A stretch of 64,000 bases of DNA from Kiritimatiellia bacterium. Lineage in GTDB: Bacteria; Verrucomicrobiota; Kiritimatiellia; B70-G9. A model generated the notes under the pieces. The model worked only from the letters and a program-made list of their open reading frames with translations, did not search any database and was not told where the DNA came from. Both the position numbers and the translations under genes were made by a program. Every line of letters starts with the position of its first letter. Positions within the stretch are counted from its first letter, which is position 1. Location of the stretch: positions 8,692 through 72,691 of the forward strand of contig JAOZMZ010000003.1 in assembly GCA_029934055.1 (NCBI GenBank), written 5' to 3'. Shown in pieces: positions 36,115 through 45,565 of the stretch.

Positions 36115-39100
36115 GTGCAGAAGGTTTGGATTGCACTTCTCTTGGCGGCCACGTCCGGTTTCGCGGCGGATTTACTGCAAAACCGGGGGTTTGAAATAGA
36201 GGGTGTCAGTGGCCAGGCGAGCAACTGGTGGTACTATGCCGCCGCCGGGCGTGCCACCTGGGCCCACCGTACGGGAGGGGCCGGAAATGCCTTCTACGCG
36301 GCCGGGAATCAGTGTGGGGGCTTCGGGCAGGATGTCTACGTTGATGCGAGCCGGGGGGATGTGTTCCGTTTTGAAATCTCCGGGAAGGCGGAGATCAACT
36401 ATACCAATCCCGCGACCACGATGGGGATGGAGTTCTGGGCCGCTACCGGCATGTGTTATGCGGTGACCACCACGGTTTATTCGGCCCTGGCATCCAACCG
36501 TAATGAATGGGTATTCCTTTCACTGGTACACACCGCCGAATGTGCCGGCCTGGAAAAGGTTATTGTGCGTTGTGACTTCGCCGACGGCCGCATTGCGGCC
36601 ACTCAGCGGGTGGCGACCTGCCAATGGGATGACGCGCGCTTTTATCAGATGGTGGAGCGTTCCTCTACACCGCCGAACTATGGAAAATATGAACCATTGC
36701 ACGGAGTCTATCTGGGCGTACTTCTCGAGCAGGGCGGCACCGCCGATGAAATCGCCGAGTTCAATCAAAAGGCGGGCAAGACGCATGCGGTGTATGCCAA
36801 GTTCGTGGTTTTCAAGAAAGATCCGTTTCCGCAGGAATGGGTCGAGATGATCAAGAGCAATTATCCCGGGGCGGCGGTTCACCTGATCCTGGAGCCGATG
36901 GTGGATTTTGAAGATTTCTATGCACCCGACTGGGGCCCGGGCCAGGAAACCTACGACGCGGCGCTGGCCTTCGCGACAAATTGCGCCCGGGCCGCCCTTC
37001 CGATCTTCCTGCGCTTTGCCCACGAAGCAAACGGCGACTGGTATCCTTGGCATCCCTCCTATTCCGAGAAGATGGGCATTACCGACACGGTCTCAAATGA
37101 ATCCTACATTGCGGCCTTCCGTAATTTCGCCGACCTGGTGCACTCGAATGCGCCGAACGTGGCTCTCGTGTGGGCCCCGAACCAGGGCAACGGCCCGGAA
37201 CCGATGCCGTACTACGAGGACGTGTATCCCGGCGACGAGTACGTGGACTGGGTGGGTCTGAGCGTCTACAACGGCTGGTCCTACGGCAACAGCAACGATG
37301 TCCTCGATTACCAGTTCCGCAATGCCGTGCAGAAAGGGTATTGGCAGGAAAACGACAACCCTTACGACGATACTTTCGAGGATTTTTACTGGATGTTTTC
37401 AGACCCAGACAATCCCGAAGGGCACCACAAGCCCATGATGATCGCGGAGACCGCCGCCGCATTTGAGCCGAAATACAGTGTCACCAGTACGATAATCATA
37501 GCCGGTTTCGAATCGCTGGATGGTCCGGACTTCGTTTCGTCGAATCTCCTGGCGCAGTTCCAGAGCCTCAACAGTGACGGTTGGGTCAGCAGCAACCGCA
37601 CATGGGTGGAAGGGTTCGAGGACATTGCAACGTGGAATTGGGGCCCTTGGGGCACAAACGGCTGTACATGGAGCAACACCAGCGATGCGGCCGAGGGTAC
37701 CGCCGCCCTGGTGATGAGCGGTTCCCCGGAAGCGGGGGGAACCTATGTAGGTGGAAATGGACGAGGTGTTGGAAGCGTACCATTCGATGAGGTGAAAACG
37801 ATCGCTGACTTCCAGGACCTGAATTCGGACGGGCTGACTATTTCCAATGAAACATGGATCGACGATTTTGACTGGAAGGAGCGCTGGAACTGGGGACCGT
37901 GGGGGGAGGTCTATTTCAGTAATGCGGCGGATTATGTCCAGGGAACCAATGCCTGCGTTCTCGGCGCAATGGACAGCTTCAGCAACGGCGCCTATGTGGG
38001 AGGAACGGGGCGCAATGGGTGGCAGCAGTACTTCCATTTTCCGGTGTTGTATCTCGCGGATTTCGAGAACGTCTGGGGAGACGGTTTGTGGACAACCAAT
38101 CACGTGGCCATTGACGACTTTGAAGACACCACGCCCTGGAATTGGTGCTGGGGCAACCTGGCATGGAGCAACACCAGCGATGCGGCCGAGGGGACCAACG
38201 CGGCCACTCTCGGTGGGGATCCGAATCCGGGCGAGACGTATGTCGGTGGCAACGGCCGCTACCTCAGCGGATGCACCAACTGGAGTGGGAACAACGGGCT
38301 CGAGCTTTGGGTCAAGAGCGTTCCGGGCAGCAATGCTGAGCCGATCCTGAGGATCGGGATCCGCAGCCTGACCAACGATGCTACATATGAGGCGTCCGTT
38401 GAGCGCACCCTGCATGCGAGCGGTTATTATCCCTTGCATGTGTATTTCGATGAGATGGAGGTCTCCAACGGTTTTTCCTGGTCAAACATCGTGGCCGTCA
38501 CGCTCGAGTTGTCCGCCAGCGTCCCCGGCGAGTCTCCCGGATACGTATGTGTTGATGCGTGGGACCTGGTGGACTTGACCAACGCCGATTACATCGCCCG
38601 CGACTGGTGGCCGCGTGGGACCAACCTTGTGCCGCTGGTCGATCCGGAAGACAATCTCGGCGGCACGCATGTCTGGGAGGTGGTGGAGGATTCCTGGGGA
38701 GAGCCCTTTGCGTCGAATTCCTTCATGCTTACGGGTACCGATCCGAACGGCAACGGCTATATCGGCGGGGACGGGTTCGACCTTGCGGAAGAGGAACGGG
38801 ATTGGAGCGATGGTCGCGAAATTTATTTCGTCGCCCGCCGCGGCGAAGGAACAAACGTTGATCCAATTCTTCAAGTGGAACTTGAAGATGGAAACGGCTA
38901 CACGGCGGTGGTCAGCCATGTGCTCTCCTCGACGTATTACTCCAAGCGTTACATGTATTTCTCCAACGCGGTGGTTGAGGCGGGGTTCGACTGGGGAGAC
39001 GTCCGCAGTCTCAAGCTCAACATGCTCACCGCCAGCAACGGGCTGACGCCGGCGCCGATATATATCCAGCGTCTGGAAGTGAAACATCGTAGTCCCGGAG

Positions 39101-41895
39101 CAGACCTTTCCTATTTCAGCGGGATGGGCCTTTGGGTGCACCGTGACGAAGGCACCAACTGCGATCCGGTGCTCAAGATCGGGCTGCGCAGTCCGGATGG
39201 CGGCACCGCTACCATCGAGAAGGTGGTCACCGGCACGGATTGGTATCCTGTGCGTTGGCGCTTCAGCGAGATGAGCCTCAATGGAAGCTTTACGTTCACC
39301 AACGTCACCGGGTACACGGTCGAGTTATGTACCAGCCATTCCAACCAGGCACCGGCCGCCGTGAGTCTCGACAGATTTTTCGCCGCTTTGGTTTCGGCGG
39401 CGCCCGCACACGATCAGGACTGGTGGCCGCTGGGGCCGGAGGCCATTCCGTGGAAAGACGGCAGCGACCCGCAGGGGACGCAGGTGTGGCGGCTGGTCGA
39501 AGATGTGTACACCGGTTATCCGCCGAAGGCCCTGCTGATGACAGGGACCGATTCCAACGCGAACAACTATTGCGGCGGCGACGGATGTCAGTTCAGGCCC
39601 TGTGACATGGACTGGAGCGCCGGCACACACGTGGCTCTTCTGTTGAGGCGGGCGGCCGATCAGGAGCATGAGGACCCGATGCTGATGCTCGATATCATCG
39701 ACGGTGACGGCCATACCGCCACGGTCACGCATGTAGTGGGCGGTACGAGCTACGAATGGGCGTTGCTTTCCTACAGCAATATGGACGTTCAGGCGGGATT
39801 CGCGTGGACCAACGTCACAAGTTTGAAGCTTCACATGCTGACGAAAACCGCCGGAAGAGATCCCGCCGGGCTCTATATCAAGGCCTTTCGGCTTGCAACG
39901 GTACCCCACGAGACTCCACGCGATTGGAGTGCGTTCAACGGCATGGAGTTGACAGTCAAGCATGCGCCCGGCGGGGGGGCGCTGCCCATGTTGGGGATCA
40001 CGGTCAGGAGCGAAGCCGACGGGATCACGGGAACCGCCAGCGTCCAACGGGTCGTCTCGGAAAGCTCCTATTACGTGTTGCGGATTCCGTTCAGCGAGAT
40101 GGAAGTGACGCCGGGCTTCACCTGGAGCAACGTTTCCGCGCTGGTCCTTGAATTGCTGACGACTGAAAGCAATACAACGCCGGCGGCGCTTTACGTGGAT
40201 GACTGGCACTTGGTCAATTTGTCGCCGGCGGCTTACCGGGATCAGGATTGGTGGCCGGCCGGCAGCAATGACAATCCCTGGACGGATGCCACGGATACCA
40301 ACGGGGGGTGGCACTCATGGAGCTTGGTGTCCGATCCCTACGCGGGATATCCCAGCAACGCGCTGAAGATGAGCGGATTCGATGCAAACAGCAACTACTA
40401 CATCGGGGGCAATGGATTTTCCTTGCGTGCCGGCGATCGAGACTGGGAAGGGCTGACGCATATCGCCCTTTTGGCACGGCGTTCCACGGCCGACACCAAT
40501 TTTGCGGAACCTCTGCTGGCGATTTCGCTTGTGGACGGCGGTTCACAGACAGCACGCATAAGTCAGGTGATTACACCCACCAACTACGTCGATCTCCTGC
40601 TTGATTTCACCTATATGGAAGTGGACGAGGGATTCCAGTGGAGCAACGTCCAGTCCGTCATTTTTGAATTGCTGAGCGGGACCCCCGGAAGGCAGCCCGC
40701 CGACGTGTACCTGAAGCAGTTCAGGATCGGCACGGTATCGAACCGTTTTGAGCAGGACTGGTGGAAGGAAGGCGAAGACCTTGAGCCGTGGGGAGACATC
40801 ACCTGGACGCAGACGAGCGATTCCGCCGCAGGAGAATATGCGCTGTTGATTTCGGGCGTGGTTACCAATTCGGAGCAGTGGTATATCGGCGGCAACGGGT
40901 GCAGTCTGGCGATTCCGGAGCAGAACTGGACCAACAGCAACGCGATCGTCCTGTACGCCAAGCGTGGACATGCCAACCGTCCGGATCCCAAGATCAGGAT
41001 CACCGTAGACAATGATTACTCCGAGACCAACGGCAATGAGGCCTACGTGATGACGCGGTTGGCCAACAGTAACTACACGGAAATAATCATACCCTTCAGC
41101 GCATTCGATATGGCGCAGGATTTCGAGTGGGACAGCATCCGGATGTTGAAGCTGGAAATGTTCACCAACCGGGGCGGAGATACACCCAACGACATTTATA
41201 TCGACCAATTGAGGCGCGCCCGCGTTACACTGACGAACGGCGAGGACAATTTGCGCTGGAAACGCGACTGGTACGATCAGCTCTACTCCCTGAGCGACTA
41301 TGCCGACGCTGATCCCGCCGACCCCGACGCTCATCCGGATTATGTTTCCATATCGCGTTGCTTCCGCAACATCCACATGATCAACTGGTTCCACGTCCGC
41401 AAGTTCGAGGACGGCTTTACCAAGGACCTCAGAATAGTGGAGGAGGGGACGGGAACGGTGGCTTACACTTCATACTATGATCATATCAGGGATTCATATT
41501 TCCTCACCAACGTGATTCGCGATACGGATTGTGATGGGATGCCCGACGACTGGGAGACGCAGAATTTCGGCGGGCCGACCAACGCTGATGCTTGCGCGGA
41601 TTCCGACGGAGACGGGTTGGGCAATCTTCAGGAGTACATAGCCGGGACCGATCCGTGTGATGTGGGTTCTGCATTCGAGATAGCAAGCGGGGGGGCGGCA
41701 TCCGGACCGGGGGGGATAACTATTCAGTGGGCGAGTGTCGCCGGGCGCGTGTATACCCTGAGCCGGACCACCAACCTCCTGGCCGGTTTCTGCAGCTACG
41801 TGACCAATATCGCGGCGACTCCGCCGACCAATTATCATACGGACAGTTCGACTGCGGGAGATCCGGTGTTCTATCGCATTCAGGTGTTGCCATGA
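36115..41895 (+). CDS. Giant secreted multidomain glycan-active protein: signal peptide, CBM4/9-like domain, GH26-like catalytic domain, array of CBM11-like modules, Asp-rich Ca-binding (TSP3/dockerin-like) repeat, C-terminal FYRI tail domain
   Basis: GTG 36115 after GGAGG (36104-36108) gives VQKVWIALLLAATSGFA|ADLLQNRGFE. GH26-type motifs: IFLRFAHEANGDWYPWHP, YPGDEYVDWVGLSVYNGW, KPMMIAETAAA. Repeats carry W.W..WG...WSNTSDAAEGT...YVGGNG and DWWP.G. Also DTDCDGMPDDWE...DSDGDGLGNLQEYIAGTDP. Ends DPVFYRIQVLP. Confidence 0.85.
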   Translation: MQKVWIALLLAATSGFAADLLQNRGFEIEGVSGQASNWWYYAAAGRATWAHRTGGAGNAFYAAGNQCGGFGQDVYVDASRGDVFRFEISGKAEINYTNPATTMGMEFWAATGMCYAVTTTVYSALASNRNEWVFLSLVHTAECAGLEKVIVRCDFADGRIAATQRVATCQWDDARFYQMVERSSTPPNYGKYEPLHGVYLGVLLEQGGTADEIAEFNQKAGKTHAVYAKFVVFKKDPFPQEWVEMIKSNYPGAAVHLILEPMVDFEDFYAPDWGPGQETYDAALAFATNCARAALPIFLRFAHEANGDWYPWHPSYSEKMGITDTVSNESYIAAFRNFADLVHSNAPNVALVWAPNQGNGPEPMPYYEDVYPGDEYVDWVGLSVYNGWSYGNSNDVLDYQFRNAVQKGYWQENDNPYDDTFEDFYWMFSDPDNPEGHHKPMMIAETAAAFEPKYSVTSTIIIAGFESLDGPDFVSSNLLAQFQSLNSDGWVSSNRTWVEGFEDIATWNWGPWGTNGCTWSNTSDAAEGTAALVMSGSPEAGGTYVGGNGRGVGSVPFDEVKTIADFQDLNSDGLTISNETWIDDFDWKERWNWGPWGEVYFSNAADYVQGTNACVLGAMDSFSNGAYVGGTGRNGWQQYFHFPVLYLADFENVWGDGLWTTNHVAIDDFEDTTPWNWCWGNLAWSNTSDAAEGTNAATLGGDPNPGETYVGGNGRYLSGCTNWSGNNGLELWVKSVPGSNAEPILRIGIRSLTNDATYEASVERTLHASGYYPLHVYFDEMEVSNGFSWSNIVAVTLELSASVPGESPGYVCVDAWDLVDLTNADYIARDWWPRGTNLVPLVDPEDNLGGTHVWEVVEDSWGEPFASNSFMLTGTDPNGNGYIGGDGFDLAEEERDWSDGREIYFVARRGEGTNVDPILQVELEDGNGYTAVVSHVLSSTYYSKRYMYFSNAVVEAGFDWGDVRSLKLNMLTASNGLTPAPIYIQRLEVKHRSPGADLSYFSGMGLWVHRDEGTNCDPVLKIGLRSPDGGTATIEKVVTGTDWYPVRWRFSEMSLNGSFTFTNVTGYTVELCTSHSNQAPAAVSLDRFFAALVSAAPAHDQDWWPLGPEAIPWKDGSDPQGTQVWRLVEDVYTGYPPKALLMTGTDSNANNYCGGDGCQFRPCDMDWSAGTHVALLLRRAADQEHEDPMLMLDIIDGDGHTATVTHVVGGTSYEWALLSYSNMDVQAGFAWTNVTSLKLHMLTKTAGRDPAGLYIKAFRLATVPHETPRDWSAFNGMELTVKHAPGGGALPMLGITVRSEADGITGTASVQRVVSESSYYVLRIPFSEMEVTPGFTWSNVSALVLELLTTESNTTPAALYVDDWHLVNLSPAAYRDQDWWPAGSNDNPWTDATDTNGGWHSWSLVSDPYAGYPSNALKMSGFDANSNYYIGGNGFSLRAGDRDWEGLTHIALLARRSTADTNFAEPLLAISLVDGGSQTARISQVITPTNYVDLLLDFTYMEVDEGFQWSNVQSVIFELLSGTPGRQPADVYLKQFRIGTVSNRFEQDWWKEGEDLEPWGDITWTQTSDSAAGEYALLISGVVTNSEQWYIGGNGCSLAIPEQNWTNSNAIVLYAKRGHANRPDPKIRITVDNDYSETNGNEAYVMTRLANSNYTEIIIPFSAFDMAQDFEWDSIRMLKLEMFTNRGGDTPNDIYIDQLRRARVTLTNGEDNLRWKRDWYDQLYSLSDYADADPADPDAHPDYVSISRCFRNIHMINWFHVRKFEDGFTKDLRIVEEGTGTVAYTSYYDHIRDSYFLTNVIRDTDCDGMPDDWETQNFGGPTNADACADSDGDGLGNLQEYIAGTDPCDVGSAFEIASGGAASGPGGITIQWASVAGRVYTLSRTTNLLAGFCSYVTNIAATPPTNYHTDSSTAGDPVFYRIQVLP
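37504..41223 (+). repeat. Intragenic array of divergent CBM-like protein repeats (2 N-half units, 5 full ~160-aa modules, 2 C-half units)
   Basis: Hand alignment. N-half units at 37504-37773 and 37774-38022. Full modules at about 38035-38577, 38599-39081, 39415-39897, 40243-40728 and 40753-41223. C-half-only units at 39094-39387 and 39910-40218. DWW[PK].G anchors sit at aa 849, 1121, 1397 and 1567 of the ORF-track protein. Confidence 0.6.
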
Positions 41896-42413
41896 GAAGA
41901 CATGCTTCAGTCGGCACGATAGCAGCACTTCTGTTGAGTTCCACGTTGGCGGCGGGCATGGAGCATCGTATCGGCCGGTGGAATCACCGGGGCCTCGACG
42001 GCTGGGAGATGGGAAGAACCAAGCCGGCTGTATGGATCAAGGTCGCAAGGGGGCAGGGCCGCGAGGGTCGGGGATGCCTGATGATCCTCACGCGTCCGGG
42101 TTGGTCACAGGCGGCGGCGACTGCCAAGTACCGCAAATACATACAGGAGGGGCGGGCTGTCCTGCTGGACGTTTTCGCCGACAGCCAGGAGTTCCGGGGG
42201 GACGTGCTGAAATTGGGGATCGCCATTCAGTCTGCGCAGACGATTTTCGACGAGTCGTCCTTTCAGGTGGTCGAGTTCGATCGTTGGCAGACTCTGAGAT
42301 TTGATTACGACCGTACCAAGCACCGCAAGTCCGACTGGACTATTTTGAACATTTTGACCTTATGCGGTAATAGTGGGCACCTGTTGATAGACAACGTTCG
42401 CATTGAAAAGTAG
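41892..42413 (+). CDS. Small secreted CBM-like protein, translationally coupled to the giant gene
   Basis: ATG 41892 overlaps the giant gene's stop (ATGA). Signal peptide MRRHASVGTIAALLLSSTLAAG. The body ends ...GHLLIDNVRIEK, resembling the C-terminal strand of the repeat modules (YIDQLRR, YVDDWHL). Confidence 0.6.
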   Translation: MRRHASVGTIAALLLSSTLAAGMEHRIGRWNHRGLDGWEMGRTKPAVWIKVARGQGREGRGCLMILTRPGWSQAAATAKYRKYIQEGRAVLLDVFADSQEFRGDVLKLGIAIQSAQTIFDESSFQVVEFDRWQTLRFDYDRTKHRKSDWTILNILTLCGNSGHLLIDNVRIEK

Positions 42414-42458
42414 GGGGGGGCAACTGCCGAAGCCTGCTGGGAGCGCGCCCAATTTTTC

Positions 42459-42487
42459 TTGTCATCCCACAAGAATTGTGCTATAGA
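42459..42487 (+). promoter_or_regulatory. Candidate sigma70-like promoter upstream of the PAS kinase gene
   Basis: TTGTCA (42459-42464), a 17-nt spacer, then TATAGA (42482-42487), inside an unusually AT-rich 140-nt intergenic region. Confidence 0.3.
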
Positions 42488-42553
42488 AGTCAGCGATAAA
42501 AGAGCTGTGTACATATCCCCGAACTAGATTCGCGCAAGGAGTACGCATCCACT

Positions 42554-44335
42554 GTGAGCGCGGTACCAAAAGCAAATTCCGGAAAGACGACCCCCAACGG
42601 CTTCGGTGAACGGGCGGCATTCCGGATTACCTTGCTATACCTGATTGTGGGCGGAGGATGGACGCTTTTTTCCAACATCGTTTTGAGAATGCTGGTCAGC
42701 GATGTGGCGGCGCTTTCGCTGGTCCAGATCTATCAAGGGTGGATATATGTCCTGGCGACGGCGCTGATGTTGCACGTTCTCATCCATCGCAACATGCAGG
42801 AGTTGCATGAGCGGGACCTCGAGATTCAGACGCGAAAGGATGAAATCAACGCGATATTGCATACCACGCCGGATATCATCTTCCGGATCTCGCGGGATGG
42901 TATTTTCATGGCGTGCCATGCCCCGGACGAATCGGTGCTTGCGGTGCGCCCTTCGGAATTCTTGAACCGTCGCTTGGAGGATATTCTGCCGCAGGCAATT
43001 GCACGCGGGGCGCGGGAACACATCCACCGCGTGTTGGAGAGCGGGGGGGTGGAAGTTTTCGAGTACGATCTTTTTCTGCAAGGTGAACGTCATTGGTATG
43101 AGGCGCATATTGCGCCATATGATGAAGCGAGCGTGTTGGCCATCGTGCGCGACATAACCTTGAGGCGGCGGGCCGAGGCGGAGCGAGCCAGATTGGCCAC
43201 GGTGATTGAGCAGGCCGCCGAAGGCATCATTCTGGCGGACACCAGTGGAATCATTCGCTATGTGAACCCGGCGTTCGAGACGATTACGGGGTTTACGCGG
43301 CAAGAAGCCCTGGGCCGCAGTACTTTCTTCCTTCGTTCAGAGCGTGAGGGCAGCAGCGTGTACGGTGAGATCCGCACCGCGCTTGAGAAGGGCGAAGTCT
43401 GGCGCGGTCGTCTTACCAGCCGGCGCAAGGATGGCGCTTATTTCAATGCGGAGATCGGCATATTCCCTATGCGTTCCGCGACGGGTGAGATCGTGAATTA
43501 TGTGGGCATTGTCCGCGACATAACCCGTGAGGTGGAACTGGAGAAGCAGTTCGTTCAGGCCCAGAAAATGGAATGTGTGGCGCGTCTCGCCGGGGGCATC
43601 GCACACGATTTCAATAATTTGCTGACGACCATCATCAATACCGGGCAGATTTTGCGCGAGGAGGGGGATCTTCCGGAGGACGTGCGGCGTGACGTTACCC
43701 AGATGGTACGGGCGGCGGAGAGCGGCGCCCGTTTGGCCCGGCGACTTCTTGGGCTGAGCCGGCGTACCGAGGTGCGGCGGGAACCGGTATTGCTGGACGA
43801 GGTTCTTGAGGGCATTGAACCGGTGCTGCGTCGGGCGGTGGGCAGTCAGATCAACTTCGAAGCCTCACACGGTGCGGGTTACGCACGCGTCATGGCCGAT
43901 CGCGGGGAGTTGGAGCAGGTGATCATGAACTTGGTCGTCAATGCTCGCGATGCCATGCAGGGCGGGGGCGGCCGGTTGATCGTACGTTCGTCGCGTGTGA
44001 CCCTGACGGCCGAAGAGTGCCGGAGTCGGCTGGGGATACAACCCGGTGAATATGTCGTCCTCAGTGTCCGTGATTTCGGATGCGGCATGTCTGAAGAGGT
44101 ACGCGAGCATGCATTCGACCCTTTTTTTACAACCAAGGGCAAGGAAAAGGGAACAGGGTTGGGGCTTTCGACGGTGTACAACATAGTTCAACATATGGGG
44201 GGGTATATTGAACTCGACACCGAATTCGAGCGGGGCACGGAGTTTCGTATCTATCTGCCGTGCCTGGAAGGGGCGCCTTCAGATGCGGCGGGTGCATTCA
44301 ACGGCGAATCGGCGTCCAATTCCCTTCCCTTGTAG
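42554..44335 (+). CDS. Membrane-bound PAS/PAS sensor histidine kinase
   Basis: Two N-terminal TM helices and two PAS units (ILHTTPDIIFRISRDG..., VIEQAAEGIILADTSGIIRYVNPAFETITGF). H-box RLAGGIAHDFNNLLTTI; N-box MNLVVNARDAM; G-boxes DFGCGM and GTGLGLSTVYN. No receiver domain. GTG start. Confidence 0.85.
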   Translation: MSAVPKANSGKTTPNGFGERAAFRITLLYLIVGGGWTLFSNIVLRMLVSDVAALSLVQIYQGWIYVLATALMLHVLIHRNMQELHERDLEIQTRKDEINAILHTTPDIIFRISRDGIFMACHAPDESVLAVRPSEFLNRRLEDILPQAIARGAREHIHRVLESGGVEVFEYDLFLQGERHWYEAHIAPYDEASVLAIVRDITLRRRAEAERARLATVIEQAAEGIILADTSGIIRYVNPAFETITGFTRQEALGRSTFFLRSEREGSSVYGEIRTALEKGEVWRGRLTSRRKDGAYFNAEIGIFPMRSATGEIVNYVGIVRDITREVELEKQFVQAQKMECVARLAGGIAHDFNNLLTTIINTGQILREEGDLPEDVRRDVTQMVRAAESGARLARRLLGLSRRTEVRREPVLLDEVLEGIEPVLRRAVGSQINFEASHGAGYARVMADRGELEQVIMNLVVNARDAMQGGGGRLIVRSSRVTLTAEECRSRLGIQPGEYVVLSVRDFGCGMSEEVREHAFDPFFTTKGKEKGTGLGLSTVYNIVQHMGGYIELDTEFERGTEFRIYLPCLEGAPSDAAGAFNGESASNSLPL

Positions 44336-44440
44336 TGTGCCGCCGTGATATATTCAACTCGGTAGCGGTGGCAGGTGGTTTGCACGCCTGTCGATCGCGA
44401 GAGGGTTGAATCAACATGTAGGAAGCGGCAGGGGGACAGG

Positions 44441-45565
44441 ATGTTTGTAGAGAAGACGGGGATCAGGCCTATTCTCAAGGCGATTGATGATATCCATCCG
44501 CAGGAGACGGGCATGGTCCTCATCTTTCTGGCACAGGAGAAGCATCCGGCCCTGAAGGCGTTGGTGCGGGAGTTGAACCGGCGGAATGTGCGTTTCATGG
44601 GGGGGGTGTTTCCGGCGGTGATCCATGACGGGCGGGTGTACAGGAGCGGGGCGGTGGTGATGTCTTTACCGGTGGTGGGGCGCCCTCATCGTACGACGGG
44701 GCTCGATCGCACGACCGAGGCGATGAAGGATCTGCAAAACTGTGTGGACTGGGAAGCAGCTCGTCGTTACACGGCGTTTATTCTTGTGGATGGGTGGACG
44801 ACCCACATTGCCGATTACACCGCGGAGATTTTCAGGCGCCTCGGTAACGCGGTGGGATATATCGGCGGCGGGGCCGGCACCGAGGAGCCGGGGCGGACGG
44901 AATGCCTTTTCAGTAACGAGGGCCCGGTTGCCGATGCAGCCTTTTGTGCGATTGTGCCTCTCGAGAGTTCGCTGGGGGTGCGTCACGGGTGGCGGCGCTT
45001 CAAAGGGCCCCTGGTGGCAACGAGGACACGGGGCAACGTGATCTGTGAACTGAACTGGCGCAGGGCGTTCACAGTATACCGCGAGGCGGTGGAAGCCGAC
45101 TGTGGTTGTCACCTGACCACCGCTGATTTTTACTCGGTGAGTTCCCGTTATCCGTTCGGGATATACAAGGAAGGGGCCGAGTATGTTGTGCGCGACCCGA
45201 TCAGCGTGAACAGTGCCGGTGAGATCCGGTGTGTCGGGGAGATCCCCGAGAACACCGTCTTGAGCATAATGAAGGGGGAGAAGGAGTCGTTGATTTCGGC
45301 GGCCCGTGATGCGGCCGAAGAGTGCTGTGCCAGCAGCCGCGGAACGCCGAGGGGATGCCTGGTCGTGGATTGCGTTTCACGTTCTCTTTTCCTGCAGGAG
45401 GATTACGAAAGGGAGATGGATAGCGTGGCGAAACGCCTGAAGGACCTGTGTGGGTGTGCCACCACGGAAGGGTTCCTTTCGATAGGGGAAATTTCTTCGT
45501 ACGGGGAAGGGTTTTTGGAATATTTCAATAAGACCGTGGTGGTCGCGGCCCTGTTGGAAGAATGA
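44441..45565 (+). CDS. FIST-domain (FIST_N + FIST_C) signal-transduction protein
   Basis: ATG 44441 gives MFVEKTGIRP.... GVFPAVIHDG...VVMSLP, ...ILVDGWTTH..., ...YPFGIYKEG...DPISV... and CVSRSLFL resemble FIST domains. The stop overlaps the next kinase's start (ATGA). Confidence 0.65.
   Translation: MFVEKTGIRPILKAIDDIHPQETGMVLIFLAQEKHPALKALVRELNRRNVRFMGGVFPAVIHDGRVYRSGAVVMSLPVVGRPHRTTGLDRTTEAMKDLQNCVDWEAARRYTAFILVDGWTTHIADYTAEIFRRLGNAVGYIGGGAGTEEPGRTECLFSNEGPVADAAFCAIVPLESSLGVRHGWRRFKGPLVATRTRGNVICELNWRRAFTVYREAVEADCGCHLTTADFYSVSSRYPFGIYKEGAEYVVRDPISVNSAGEIRCVGEIPENTVLSIMKGEKESLISAARDAAEECCASSRGTPRGCLVVDCVSRSLFLQEDYEREMDSVAKRLKDLCGCATTEGFLSIGEISSYGEGFLEYFNKTVVVAALLEE

Noticed and set aside
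42414-42458. Possible terminator after the CBM-like gene (GGGAGCGCGCCC followed by AATTTTT)
   Set aside because: The dyad is imperfect and leaves no usable loop, so it is not convincing as an intrinsic terminator.
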